This document shows, piece after piece, positions 7,825 through 16,431 of a stretch of DNA of 64,000 nucleotides. Below the pieces are notes generated by a model that ran no database searches, was not told where the DNA came from, and was given only the letters and a program-made list of their open reading frames with translations. A program made the translations under genes and the position numbers. The stretch comes from Fibrobacteria bacterium (GTDB taxonomy: Bacteria > Fibrobacterota > Fibrobacteria > UBA11236): NCBI GenBank assembly GCA_043745805.1, contig JAYTSD010000028.1, positions 32,001-96,000 on the forward strand, written 5' to 3'. Numbering within the stretch: the stretch's first letter is position 1; each line of letters starts with the position of its first letter.

Positions 7825-9783
7825 ATGGCTTACACACCTATGAATGCCTACACAGATGCAGTAGCAGAACTCTCTTCAGTGCAAGCGATTTGGAATCCAT
7901 TTCAACTGATTTATATACCCTCCGAAGGAGGTGATATCAACCAATGGGAAATATTGCTTCATTCTATGCAGTCGATAGGTATAGCCCTTCTTGTCCTTAT
8001 GGCGGCTCTTAAATTCGTAAAAGTCTATCTCGATGAATTAAATCATATTCCCGCGATTACCACGATATTTGGAATAACTGTGGAAATGATTTTGGTAACG
8101 GTTTTTCTCCTTAATTATACCTGGTTTGCAGAAATATTCCCGATGCTCTTTCATCGCATAACTACGCAAATTCTAAATGCTTATGACGCGAGCTTAATGG
8201 ATCAAGTGATAGCGTCTTTACAATCGGTGGGAGCTGAGAAATCGCAGGAAACCAAATGGTTTTCCCTCAATGCACTCGCAGCTTCCATCCCCAATATTTT
8301 ATCTACTGCCGCCGCAGGATTAGCCCTTGCATTGTATTGGGTGATGTCCAAGTATCAAGCCCTCTTATACACATTCTGGTATCTCATCGGTCCGATATTA
8401 TTGCCCTTTTATCTCTTTCCACCCTTTCGCGGTGTAGCTGAAAGATGGTTTTCTTCATTGCTCGGTGCTTCTTTCATGGGTGTTGTGGGCAGTCTCATGT
8501 TTGTCTTAATGGCTAAAGCGCAATGGCTAACCAAAGCTTTTAGTGCAGGAGCCAATACCAGTTATATCACCGCATTAGTTTTTTCGCTTCTCACCTTATT
8601 ACTTATGGTCAGCATACCCAGATTATCCAATTCCATTTGGGATGGCATATCTTCATCGCTTACACAAGCTATGGCAACAGGTAGCATGTTGGGCGGTGCT
8701 GCAACGGCAGTCACGTTGGGTGTGGCTGGTGGCGCTACTCAAGCTGCGGGTTCAACTATTCGCGGAGGTACTGGCATGGCGGGAATTATTCACCGCTATG
8801 GCAATACCCAAAACTCCGGCCTATCCCAAGGAAAACGAGTGCTTGATGCAATCCGTAACCGTAATAGTTTTGCGCAGGAAGGAAAAGAAAAAACACGCGG
8901 AGAAAAAATGTTATCAGGACTTTATGAAGCTGGGTCAGGGCTTAAGGAAATGGGACATGGCGTGCTTATGTCACAAATGCCTTCTTCAATTCAAAGGGCT
9001 GAAAGAGCCGTGAATCAAGCTTTAAAAGCGAAAGAACCTTTAAAGCAAAGACGTAAAGAAGAAGAGGCGGTCAGAACTCATGTTGAGAACGCTTTAGGAA
9101 AAGACATAGCCAAGAGCATGCTCTTTCCTGAAAAATGGAGACTCTCACAAAGAGTAGGACAAAGTTTTGAAGAGTCCGTTGCAAAGACAGCCGAGGGCTT
9201 TATTCGCACTCGAAAAATTCAGGACATGGATAAAAATCTTAGGCAAGCAGCTACAAATTTAGCAGGCCCCGAAAAAGCCGCAGCACTTGATATTCCAAAA
9301 AACTTTCGCTTAAAACCAAAACGTGGGCAAAGCGAAGAAGAAGCATTAAAGTCGGCAGCCCTTGGTCTATTGCGTAAACAAGGTGGCATTGATACTGGAC
9401 TAAAAAAGAAATTGGATCGTGAAGCCATTGGCAAAGAAGCGATTCGAATATTAGGTGCACAAAGAGCCAAACAAGTTCAAATACCATCGGACTGGGGAAT
9501 TGTCGCTCGTAAAGGACAAACAGCACAGCAAGCTCTAGAAGGCTCTACTCGTGCTTTATTGCAAAAGCAAGGACTCATCGATAAAAAAGAAGAGAATACC
9601 ATTGCGCTTAAGTATCGCTATGCATTGGCTAGAAAACGTGTCGCAATTGGATCTAAAGGCTCTGCTAGCTCTAACACGGCTACGGGTGCCAATGGTGTGA
9701 AAAATCCCAGCACTTTAAACAATTCAAAAAGTAAACGTAACTCACAAAGTAAATCCAAAAATCATGGAGGAAAAAAATTATGA
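7825..9783 (+). CDS. Extended VirB6/TrbL-like protein (paralog 3) with a Gly/Ala-rich linker and a basic three-repeat C-terminal extension
   Basis: QALLYTFWYLIGPILLPFYLFPPFRGVAERWFSSLL core, then a TrbL-like GGAATAVTLGVAGGA stretch. ATG at 7825 preferred over TTG at 7819. Confidence 0.7.
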   Translation: MAYTPMNAYTDAVAELSSVQAIWNPFQLIYIPSEGGDINQWEILLHSMQSIGIALLVLMAALKFVKVYLDELNHIPAITTIFGITVEMILVTVFLLNYTWFAEIFPMLFHRITTQILNAYDASLMDQVIASLQSVGAEKSQETKWFSLNALAASIPNILSTAAAGLALALYWVMSKYQALLYTFWYLIGPILLPFYLFPPFRGVAERWFSSLLGASFMGVVGSLMFVLMAKAQWLTKAFSAGANTSYITALVFSLLTLLLMVSIPRLSNSIWDGISSSLTQAMATGSMLGGAATAVTLGVAGGATQAAGSTIRGGTGMAGIIHRYGNTQNSGLSQGKRVLDAIRNRNSFAQEGKEKTRGEKMLSGLYEAGSGLKEMGHGVLMSQMPSSIQRAERAVNQALKAKEPLKQRRKEEEAVRTHVENALGKDIAKSMLFPEKWRLSQRVGQSFEESVAKTAEGFIRTRKIQDMDKNLRQAATNLAGPEKAAALDIPKNFRLKPKRGQSEEEALKSAALGLLRKQGGIDTGLKKKLDREAIGKEAIRILGAQRAKQVQIPSDWGIVARKGQTAQQALEGSTRALLQKQGLIDKKEENTIALKYRYALARKRVAIGSKGSASSNTATGANGVKNPSTLNNSKSKRNSQSKSKNHGGKKL

Positions 9784-10436
9784 TAAGCAAAGAGCGTTAT
9801 CGCACCGACCTGCCTTGGTTTGCAGGACTTTTAAAAGAAAATCAAGCTTATAAACTAGCTTTAGCCGTATTTCTGATTTCCAATCTTTGTTTGGTTGGTA
9901 TGCTCTTTTGGGAAATAAAAAAGGGCAAAGAAGTATATGCTTTTGATTCAAGTTCCGGTCGCACTTATGTTACGGGGCGCATTACTCCAAAACACTTTGA
10001 AAATATGGTGCTATATGCTACAAAGACTTTTACAACTGATTTCTTGAACTATGACTATCTCTATTTAGAACAAGCGAGACTTTCAGCCTTTAGACGTTTA
10101 TCCCCTGCGCTTCGTCAAAAATTTAAAGAACAATTAAGTGCGGAAGATCCTATTAAAGAAGCCATATCCGGTAAGACAAAATATGAATTGTCTTTTTTAA
10201 CGGAGCCAGCTCTCATTGCAAGAGCGCATCCCAATTATCGAACATTCTGCAAAGTCAAAAGAACCATTCATTTTGCAGATGGCAAAAACTCGGAGTCGGA
10301 GCATAACCTAAGGATTACCTGGAAAATGTTGGAGTCAACACCAGATAGACCAGACGGGCTTTATGTAACGGATATCGAGCGTATTAGTCCGAATGATAAA
10401 GAAACATTAAATGCCATTTTAAACCAAATACAATGA
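9780..10436 (+). CDS. VirB8/TraK(Bacteroidetes)/TraE-like bitopic T4SS protein
   Basis: Single N-terminal TM, EVYAFDSSSG after the TM, FTTDFLNYD helix, C-terminal STPDRPDGLYVTDI matching the VirB8 NPxGLxV pattern. Confidence 0.7.
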   Translation: MISKERYRTDLPWFAGLLKENQAYKLALAVFLISNLCLVGMLFWEIKKGKEVYAFDSSSGRTYVTGRITPKHFENMVLYATKTFTTDFLNYDYLYLEQARLSAFRRLSPALRQKFKEQLSAEDPIKEAISGKTKYELSFLTEPALIARAHPNYRTFCKVKRTIHFADGKNSESEHNLRITWKMLESTPDRPDGLYVTDIERISPNDKETLNAILNQIQ

Positions 10437-11281
10437 GGTGTATCATGAACTTATTTTTTTTCTTCTCTGTAATTTTATTCAATACTCTTTGGGCCGAAAA
10501 AGTCTTTACCATCAAAGCGGCCAAGGACGAATACCCGCTTAATTGGGAAACCATATACAAAGTCAATATTTGCAATGCGTATAGCACTGTCATAGAACCT
10601 CCACAAGGATATGTTCTTTCAGATATGATACTTGGCGACTCCAAACTATTTAAAGCAGAGCGCAGCGAGAATCGCGGAATTATTAAAAGGCTTGCGCCAG
10701 ATAATGCGAGAACTAATCTCGTGATGATACTCGAAGGGCCTGATAAGGTAAGTCATAGCTTAACCTTTGAATTAACAGGTGAAGAAAATCCCAAGATTGC
10801 GAATGTGCAATTTGTAATCGCGCAAGATAAAGGGAAGGATAAAGCTTTAGAAGCCGCAAGAACCCTTTATGAAAATCAATTGCAAATGACTTTAATAGCA
10901 CAGGAGAAAAGACTGGGAAATCTCATTCGCGATAAAACTCTAGAAAACATGGAGCCTTTTCACCTTATCACTTCCGAGTTTACTATGGAAAAACTTGGAG
11001 CCAAGTTTACTTTGGAAACGGTGACCAATAGCGGAGGCTTTGGATATGTCTATGTCTTCACAACAGCTGTAGAGCCTGATTTTCAAGTGGTGCATTTAAC
11101 CGGCATTCAAGGAAAAGATATAGCAAAGACTGTAAGGCTATTCAGAGCTATGCCAAGGCGCGACGGAATGCTTTATATCTATGAAACCACACCCTTTATT
11201 AAAAGTCCCGAAGGACATAAATACACCTTTAATTTTCGTGTGTATAAAGAAACCACATCCATCAAAGCCACCGTTGAATAA
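10433..11281 (+). CDS. VirB9/TrbG-like T4SS outer-core protein
   Basis: Signal peptide; STVIEPPQGY..DMILGDS..ENRGIIK..TNLVM pattern; sits between the VirB8- and VirB10-like genes. Alternative start at 10445. Confidence 0.6.
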   Translation: MRCIMNLFFFFSVILFNTLWAEKVFTIKAAKDEYPLNWETIYKVNICNAYSTVIEPPQGYVLSDMILGDSKLFKAERSENRGIIKRLAPDNARTNLVMILEGPDKVSHSLTFELTGEENPKIANVQFVIAQDKGKDKALEAARTLYENQLQMTLIAQEKRLGNLIRDKTLENMEPFHLITSEFTMEKLGAKFTLETVTNSGGFGYVYVFTTAVEPDFQVVHLTGIQGKDIAKTVRLFRAMPRRDGMLYIYETTPFIKSPEGHKYTFNFRVYKETTSIKATVE

Positions 11282-11295
11282 AGAAGGAGAATATC

Positions 11296-12573
11296 ATGGA
11301 ACCGTTATTGCCAAATCAAGAACCTAATCAAGAATATGAAAATGAAATGGAACGCAAAATGCGAAGTATGGAAGGCTTGCCACCAGAAGAAAATGGCCTT
11401 AGTAAAAAAAGAAAAATCCAAATCGTAATAGTCGCCATTGTGCTAATGCTGATAATGGCTATAGTTCTTTTTTTGATGGGAAGTAAAAATTCACAAAAGC
11501 CGGATGAAAAAGTCTCAGCCGCCAATCGTGGTCTAATGCAAGCGGAGTCCATTCGTAGGCAAAAAGAATTATTCGATGAAAAGTCAAATCGTAAAAATAT
11601 GGGGGAAGAGGGCTTTACCCATAAACTGCCCATGAATAATGAAAACTTAAATCCTATGGATTCATCGGGAGTCGTTCTCGATGCAATAGAGCCTGTTTTG
11701 GAGAATAATAAATTTTCTGAAAATCTTGAAACTATTAAACCTTCGCCAACGCATAGCAATGGTTTAATCAGCAAATTAAATCATGTGAAGAGCAATAAGA
11801 AATCTTCATCATTGATTTCAAGTAATGCGGATCCAAGTTTCGAAAACAATAATGAATTACTCCCTATAGAAAAACCAAAGGAGTATAAAAACAAACCCGA
11901 ATTAGCATCGAGATTATCCGAAGAATATCAAAAGGCCGTAGCCTATAATGCTTCCGAACAATTGGTATTTACAAAGGATAGAGGAAGCGATGGACAAAAA
12001 GATAAAGTGACTATGGTAAACGCTACAGCAAAAATGGGTTCAAGCAATAAGGTTATTGTATCCGCGGGTCAAGAGATGACCGCAGTTTTAAATGAATCTT
12101 TAGATTCGGATTATCCTTCCGTAGCCAAAGCCACTTTAACTTCACCTTCTGAGCTTGTGGGTACTACCGTACTTTTATCCTATAGCTTAGGTAATGAGCG
12201 GGTTACTGCACAAATCATGAAAATGGTATTGCCTCCTAAGGATGGAGAGAAAGCAAAAGAAATAACTTTATCTGCCGTGGTGAAAAGTGGTTTGCCTGGT
12301 TTATCGGGAGATGTCAGTCATCATTGGACTTCCCAAATTGCTGCGGGTGTAGCTAGTGCAGGACTTACGGCTGGTGCTTTAGCTTATGCTGCACAGAACG
12401 GTAGTAAAGACTTAGGTACGGCAGTATTAGTTGCTCCCATGGTAGAACAAAGCGTACAAGGTGTATTAAAGCCTATTAATTATTTAGGACGAGATAGACC
12501 TGTAACGGTAACCGTACCTGCAGGAACGGAGTTCACGATTTTAGTCACCGAAGGTTTTGAGGTAAACCTATGA
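11296..12573 (+). CDS. virB10: VirB10/TrbI-family T4SS core protein
   Basis: N-terminal TM, disordered linker, then AGQEMTAVLNESLDSDYP..GLPGLSGDVSHHW..PVTVTVPAGTEFTILV, typical of the TrbI/VirB10 domain. RBS AAGGAG. Confidence 0.8.
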   Translation: MEPLLPNQEPNQEYENEMERKMRSMEGLPPEENGLSKKRKIQIVIVAIVLMLIMAIVLFLMGSKNSQKPDEKVSAANRGLMQAESIRRQKELFDEKSNRKNMGEEGFTHKLPMNNENLNPMDSSGVVLDAIEPVLENNKFSENLETIKPSPTHSNGLISKLNHVKSNKKSSSLISSNADPSFENNNELLPIEKPKEYKNKPELASRLSEEYQKAVAYNASEQLVFTKDRGSDGQKDKVTMVNATAKMGSSNKVIVSAGQEMTAVLNESLDSDYPSVAKATLTSPSELVGTTVLLSYSLGNERVTAQIMKMVLPPKDGEKAKEITLSAVVKSGLPGLSGDVSHHWTSQIAAGVASAGLTAGALAYAAQNGSKDLGTAVLVAPMVEQSVQGVLKPINYLGRDRPVTVTVPAGTEFTILVTEGFEVNL

Positions 12574-13019
12574 AAACTTTATCCCTATTAGTTTTGCTTT
12601 TGGTTTTAACTCTTCACGCGAATCCTGCTCCCATGCAATGCGAAGAGTTGGCTAAAAGAACCGATGAAACATTTAAAAAAATGGATAATGCCTTAAAGCT
12701 TAAAGCAGGATTGCTACTAGGTGAAATGGAAATGGCTAAAGGGGCTTTGGAAGGATGTATTGGGCAGAACAAACAGGTGAGTATTCATTTAGCTTTGATG
12801 TGGTTCTTAACTGACTTGGGTTTACTGGCAACAAGCATTTTAATCTTATTGCATCAAAAGCGTATGAAACGAGCTATCAGGGTATTATCAGAAATCCTGT
12901 ATTCAAAAGATCCAGCACATTCCTATAAATATGTCCCTTCTCAAACTTTATATCGATTTGCATGGGGATTATTAGGGTTAACCTTTCTCATAGTAAATGG
13001 GATAGCGCTTTTATTATGA
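12570..13019 (+). CDS. Small membrane protein (signal peptide, two Cys, two TM helices), unknown function
   Basis: 149-aa ORF with ATGA overlaps on both sides within the operon. Confidence 0.6.
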   Translation: MKTLSLLVLLLVLTLHANPAPMQCEELAKRTDETFKKMDNALKLKAGLLLGEMEMAKGALEGCIGQNKQVSIHLALMWFLTDLGLLATSILILLHQKRMKRAIRVLSEILYSKDPAHSYKYVPSQTLYRFAWGLLGLTFLIVNGIALLL

Positions 13020-13498
13020 AAACTCTTGGCATAACAATATTGCTTATGATAAGTTTGCTCCTTCATTCAAGCGAAGCTTTTTCTGGATTGGAATTAACCG
13101 TATCAAAACCTTATCCTGGCACAGCACTAGATAATAAAGGGATATACTCCTTATCCTATTTTACCACAGGCTTTTCATTTTGGCCGGGTTTTTCGGAATG
13201 GGGAATAACGGGTATGCCTTCCTGGGGCGGCATTGCCTCTTCTAATGATAAGTCTCAAACCAAAAGTTTTGTTGGGTTATATGGGGGCCATTTATTTCTT
13301 TTGCGAGGTGGCTTTATTCGCCCTGGATTTGAATTGGGTTCGGTGTGGGAAGAAACACAGATGTTACAGGGTCATTCAAACTCAATTGTGAATCAATCCC
13401 AACTTGCGCTCTATTATGCTTTTAAAGTTCAAGTGCTTTGTTTGAGTTTTCTTGTTTCCAATATGGGTTATGGAATAGGTCTTAATTTCAGTCTATAG
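13016..13498 (+). CDS. Putative small outer-membrane beta-barrel protein
   Basis: Likely start ATG 13016 (ATGA overlap), signal peptide, alternating aromatic/Gly strands, ends GYGIGLNFSL. Confidence 0.5.
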   Translation: MKTLGITILLMISLLLHSSEAFSGLELTVSKPYPGTALDNKGIYSLSYFTTGFSFWPGFSEWGITGMPSWGGIASSNDKSQTKSFVGLYGGHLFLLRGGFIRPGFELGSVWEETQMLQGHSNSIVNQSQLALYYAFKVQVLCLSFLVSNMGYGIGLNFSL

Positions 13499-13506
13499 GA
13501 TGAGAT

Positions 13507-15165
13507 ATGAAAAATACAGTTTCGATTTCTCGCCAATCACTTAGGTGTTACTTTAAAGTATTTCTTTTCATATTTTGGTCTTCATTTACACCCCAAATAT
13601 TTTCACAAGATTTTCCATTAAAGGGACAGACATGGGTATTTGTGAATGGACCCAATGAAGAAACCCATATTGTTAAATCAGTTTCTGACTTTGCTCCATC
13701 CTCCGTTATCGTTGCAAAGTTCAATGAAGATGCAACTGCTGATATTCATTACGCGAATTTATCTGGACGTTTTTGTCGTTCAACAGCGGAAGCTATTGAT
13801 ACCATAATCTCTGAGCTAAGAAAAAATGTTCTTCTTCATTCAAAATTGTTTCAAGCCAGTAAACGAAATTTTCCTGACACGGCTTATAGCTGTGATGCGG
13901 AATTGGTTCGCTTAGCAGGAATGCTTCGTTATAATCGTTATGTAGTTAATGGAAATGAAGTAAAGCCCAACTCTAACCCATCCTCATGGCAATGGCTATT
14001 TGACCCACCAGAATGCTATGCCACAAGGCCAGCTAGAGAGCAAGATAAACAAGAAAAAGATTTATGCGAAAATCATTGGTGTGTCGATCCCACGCCAGAC
14101 CCAACCATCCCTTTTCAAGAAACTTGTAATGACACCTATACTGAATGTCATCAAGTGATAGAAGAGTCAGCACTTAAAACTCGCGCTTCCATGCGTACTT
14201 TTTGGAATCTGCATCTTTTCCCCAATATCATATTACATCCCAGGCATCCAGCCACCGAACGTATCATAAAAGAAATCAGTTTGTCAGAACAAGAAGCAGA
14301 AAACTTTAGGCAACAAGCAATTGAAAATCCAAATAATCAAGATTTAAAGATTTATCTGAATCCAGTTATGGATGATTCCGCTTCGGTGTATTTCTCAGGA
14401 CAATTTCTTACTCCCGCATTGAATCCCTATCAAATAGGGTCACTTAGTTTAGATATACAGCCTGAAGGTGAGGGGGCATCGGGATATACCCATGACCCAC
14501 CCATGGCTTTACGTATTGCTTCCGTTGATGATTGGACAGGTTTGCAAAAAGCTTTGTTATTGCCTTTTAGTCGGGATGAAAATGAAAAACAGTTTTTGGA
14601 AAATATTGATACTCGCTGCCCTGGTTGGGTAACAGCAGATAGGCTTATTGGACAAAAAGCGTTTGAAGTTAAAAGTGGCTTGGACGTTACTCTTCCAGAT
14701 GTGCTCCCTACTGAAACACAAGATCCTAGTTGGAAAAAAGTTAGGCAAGAAAGAGTTCTTGTCAATGGAGGCTTTGAAGTTAAAACCATTGTCGATGATG
14801 ATAGAATGATAACGGGGCAAATGGCTTTAGTTAAAAATCTGGATTTTCCATATGGAGACCATTTTTGGAAAGGCTGTCCTGATTTACCTGATACTTTTTT
14901 TAAACTCACTAAATCACAAGCAGCACGTTTATTAAACTTTCCAGTTCCAACCTGTAATTTATCCACCTTGAGTATTTCGGCAGATTTTCATCGCAATTTG
15001 AAAAGTCGTTTTAATAGTGTCGATGACGCAAAAGAAATAGAAATGGCTAATCAAAGAGCTTTGGAGGCAGAGTTTCAATTTGACCGAACGAAAAACAAGG
15101 AAAGACCCGCAGATATTATTTGTCCGGACACACCCTTAGACATCATTATACGCGAGATGCAATAA
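13507..15165 (+). CDS. Cys-rich secreted hypothetical protein (possible adhesin or mating-pair stabilisation analogue)
   Basis: 552 aa, signal peptide, about 11 Cys in the mature part, inside the T4SS-like operon. Confidence 0.55.
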   Translation: MKNTVSISRQSLRCYFKVFLFIFWSSFTPQIFSQDFPLKGQTWVFVNGPNEETHIVKSVSDFAPSSVIVAKFNEDATADIHYANLSGRFCRSTAEAIDTIISELRKNVLLHSKLFQASKRNFPDTAYSCDAELVRLAGMLRYNRYVVNGNEVKPNSNPSSWQWLFDPPECYATRPAREQDKQEKDLCENHWCVDPTPDPTIPFQETCNDTYTECHQVIEESALKTRASMRTFWNLHLFPNIILHPRHPATERIIKEISLSEQEAENFRQQAIENPNNQDLKIYLNPVMDDSASVYFSGQFLTPALNPYQIGSLSLDIQPEGEGASGYTHDPPMALRIASVDDWTGLQKALLLPFSRDENEKQFLENIDTRCPGWVTADRLIGQKAFEVKSGLDVTLPDVLPTETQDPSWKKVRQERVLVNGGFEVKTIVDDDRMITGQMALVKNLDFPYGDHFWKGCPDLPDTFFKLTKSQAARLLNFPVPTCNLSTLSISADFHRNLKSRFNSVDDAKEIEMANQRALEAEFQFDRTKNKERPADIICPDTPLDIIIREMQ

Positions 15166-15166
15166 C

Positions 15167-16114
15167 ATGAAACGCCTTTTAATGTTAATCATTTTTATCC
15201 TAACCTTAACAAGTGCCGATGATTTGCTGCAACCGACAACCACACAGCCAGGGAGCAAAGAAGAAAATGGCGTGGTCACAACCTTAGCTTTAACCTATGT
15301 GAAAATCAGAAACACAGTTCGAGATGCTTACATGTCCATTCAATACACAAGAGCTATGGTGCAAACATTAGATGATCAAAAAGAATGGGTGAAACGAAAT
15401 TTGAAAAGTTGGGATTTAGTGGGAAAGAGGGTTGTAAAGCTAGTCAATGAACCAGGGCGTTGGGATCAGAAGCTGCAAGATTTAGAAGGCATTTTTGATA
15501 AAACCGATTATTTGCTTTGGGAAGAAAGCAAAAACTTTGATGACTTAATGTATAGGCAAGAGCGTTATGCAGAGAAAATTGGTGGACATCTTTCACCTTA
15601 TCTTCCTTTGAATCATCCTTCCTTAACTGAGTTTTACAAATTCAATAGCAGTCTGTATAGAGCGGATCCAGCATGGGTTGCACCCATAGCAGGAGCTTCC
15701 AAAGATGAAAATACGATTCATGCCGAAAGAGAAAAATCGCGTTTACATGGAGCATATACAGCTATGCAAAATATGAGCGAAGGTAAAGTCCGTGATGCAA
15801 CGATATTAGCTGCCTCAAGAGCGCAAGCACAAATAGCTGCTATTCGAAGAATACAGAAAGAAAGAATGCAAAAGTATGGCGAAACCCTAGAGGCTTTGAA
15901 GAATGCTAAAAATGTGAATGCTCAAGAGTTAGGTAAAACCCTTTCTGATTTAAAAGGGATGGAAAATGTTTTGGATGAGCTGGCATTGAATAAGTTGGAA
16001 ATGGAAATTGTCTGGGCGCACTTAGGTACAATGATTTTTGATTTATCGAATACTAGGGCAGGGGAGTTAAGAACCTCAGCTGCCTTTGATGATTTGGCGA
16101 ATAAGTTGAAGTAA
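15167..16114 (+). CDS. Secreted helical protein, VirB5/TrbJ-like (paralog of 3932-4870)
   Basis: Signal peptide. NLKSWDLVGKR..WDQKLQDLEGIFDKTDYLLW aligns with NLIAWESVAKR..WDEN..LEENLFQKSDDLLY. Confidence 0.55.
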   Translation: MKRLLMLIIFILTLTSADDLLQPTTTQPGSKEENGVVTTLALTYVKIRNTVRDAYMSIQYTRAMVQTLDDQKEWVKRNLKSWDLVGKRVVKLVNEPGRWDQKLQDLEGIFDKTDYLLWEESKNFDDLMYRQERYAEKIGGHLSPYLPLNHPSLTEFYKFNSSLYRADPAWVAPIAGASKDENTIHAEREKSRLHGAYTAMQNMSEGKVRDATILAASRAQAQIAAIRRIQKERMQKYGETLEALKNAKNVNAQELGKTLSDLKGMENVLDELALNKLEMEIVWAHLGTMIFDLSNTRAGELRTSAAFDDLANKLK

Positions 16115-16154
16115 TGAGACGTAACACTTTTTTGTTTATGGAGTTGGTGGTAAA

Positions 16155-16379
16155 ATGGAATCGCTTGACCCAGAATACCTTTCCCCAAAGCAACTGGCTG
16201 ATAAACTTAATATGTCCTTAAAATGGGTTGAAAAGCATACCCAAGAACATAGAATTCCTGGCCAAGTTAAAATGGGTCGCGTCTGGCGTTACCATTGGAT
16301 TGAAATCCAGAAACACCTTATTTCAGGGCAATTGTTATTGGAAAAACTCAAATCAAAATTGCGCCAAAAATGGAAATAA
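16155..16379 (+). CDS. Excisionase/AlpA-like helix-turn-helix protein (recombination directionality factor candidate)
   Basis: YLSPKQLADKLNMSLKWV..IPGQVKMGRVWRY is a typical HTH_17/Xis pattern; directly upstream of the integrase. Confidence 0.8.
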   Translation: MESLDPEYLSPKQLADKLNMSLKWVEKHTQEHRIPGQVKMGRVWRYHWIEIQKHLISGQLLLEKLKSKLRQKWK

Positions 16380-16431
16380 ATAAATTACTTTTAGACTTCC
16401 TGCTTAGAGCGCCCATCACCTGAAAGGTATT

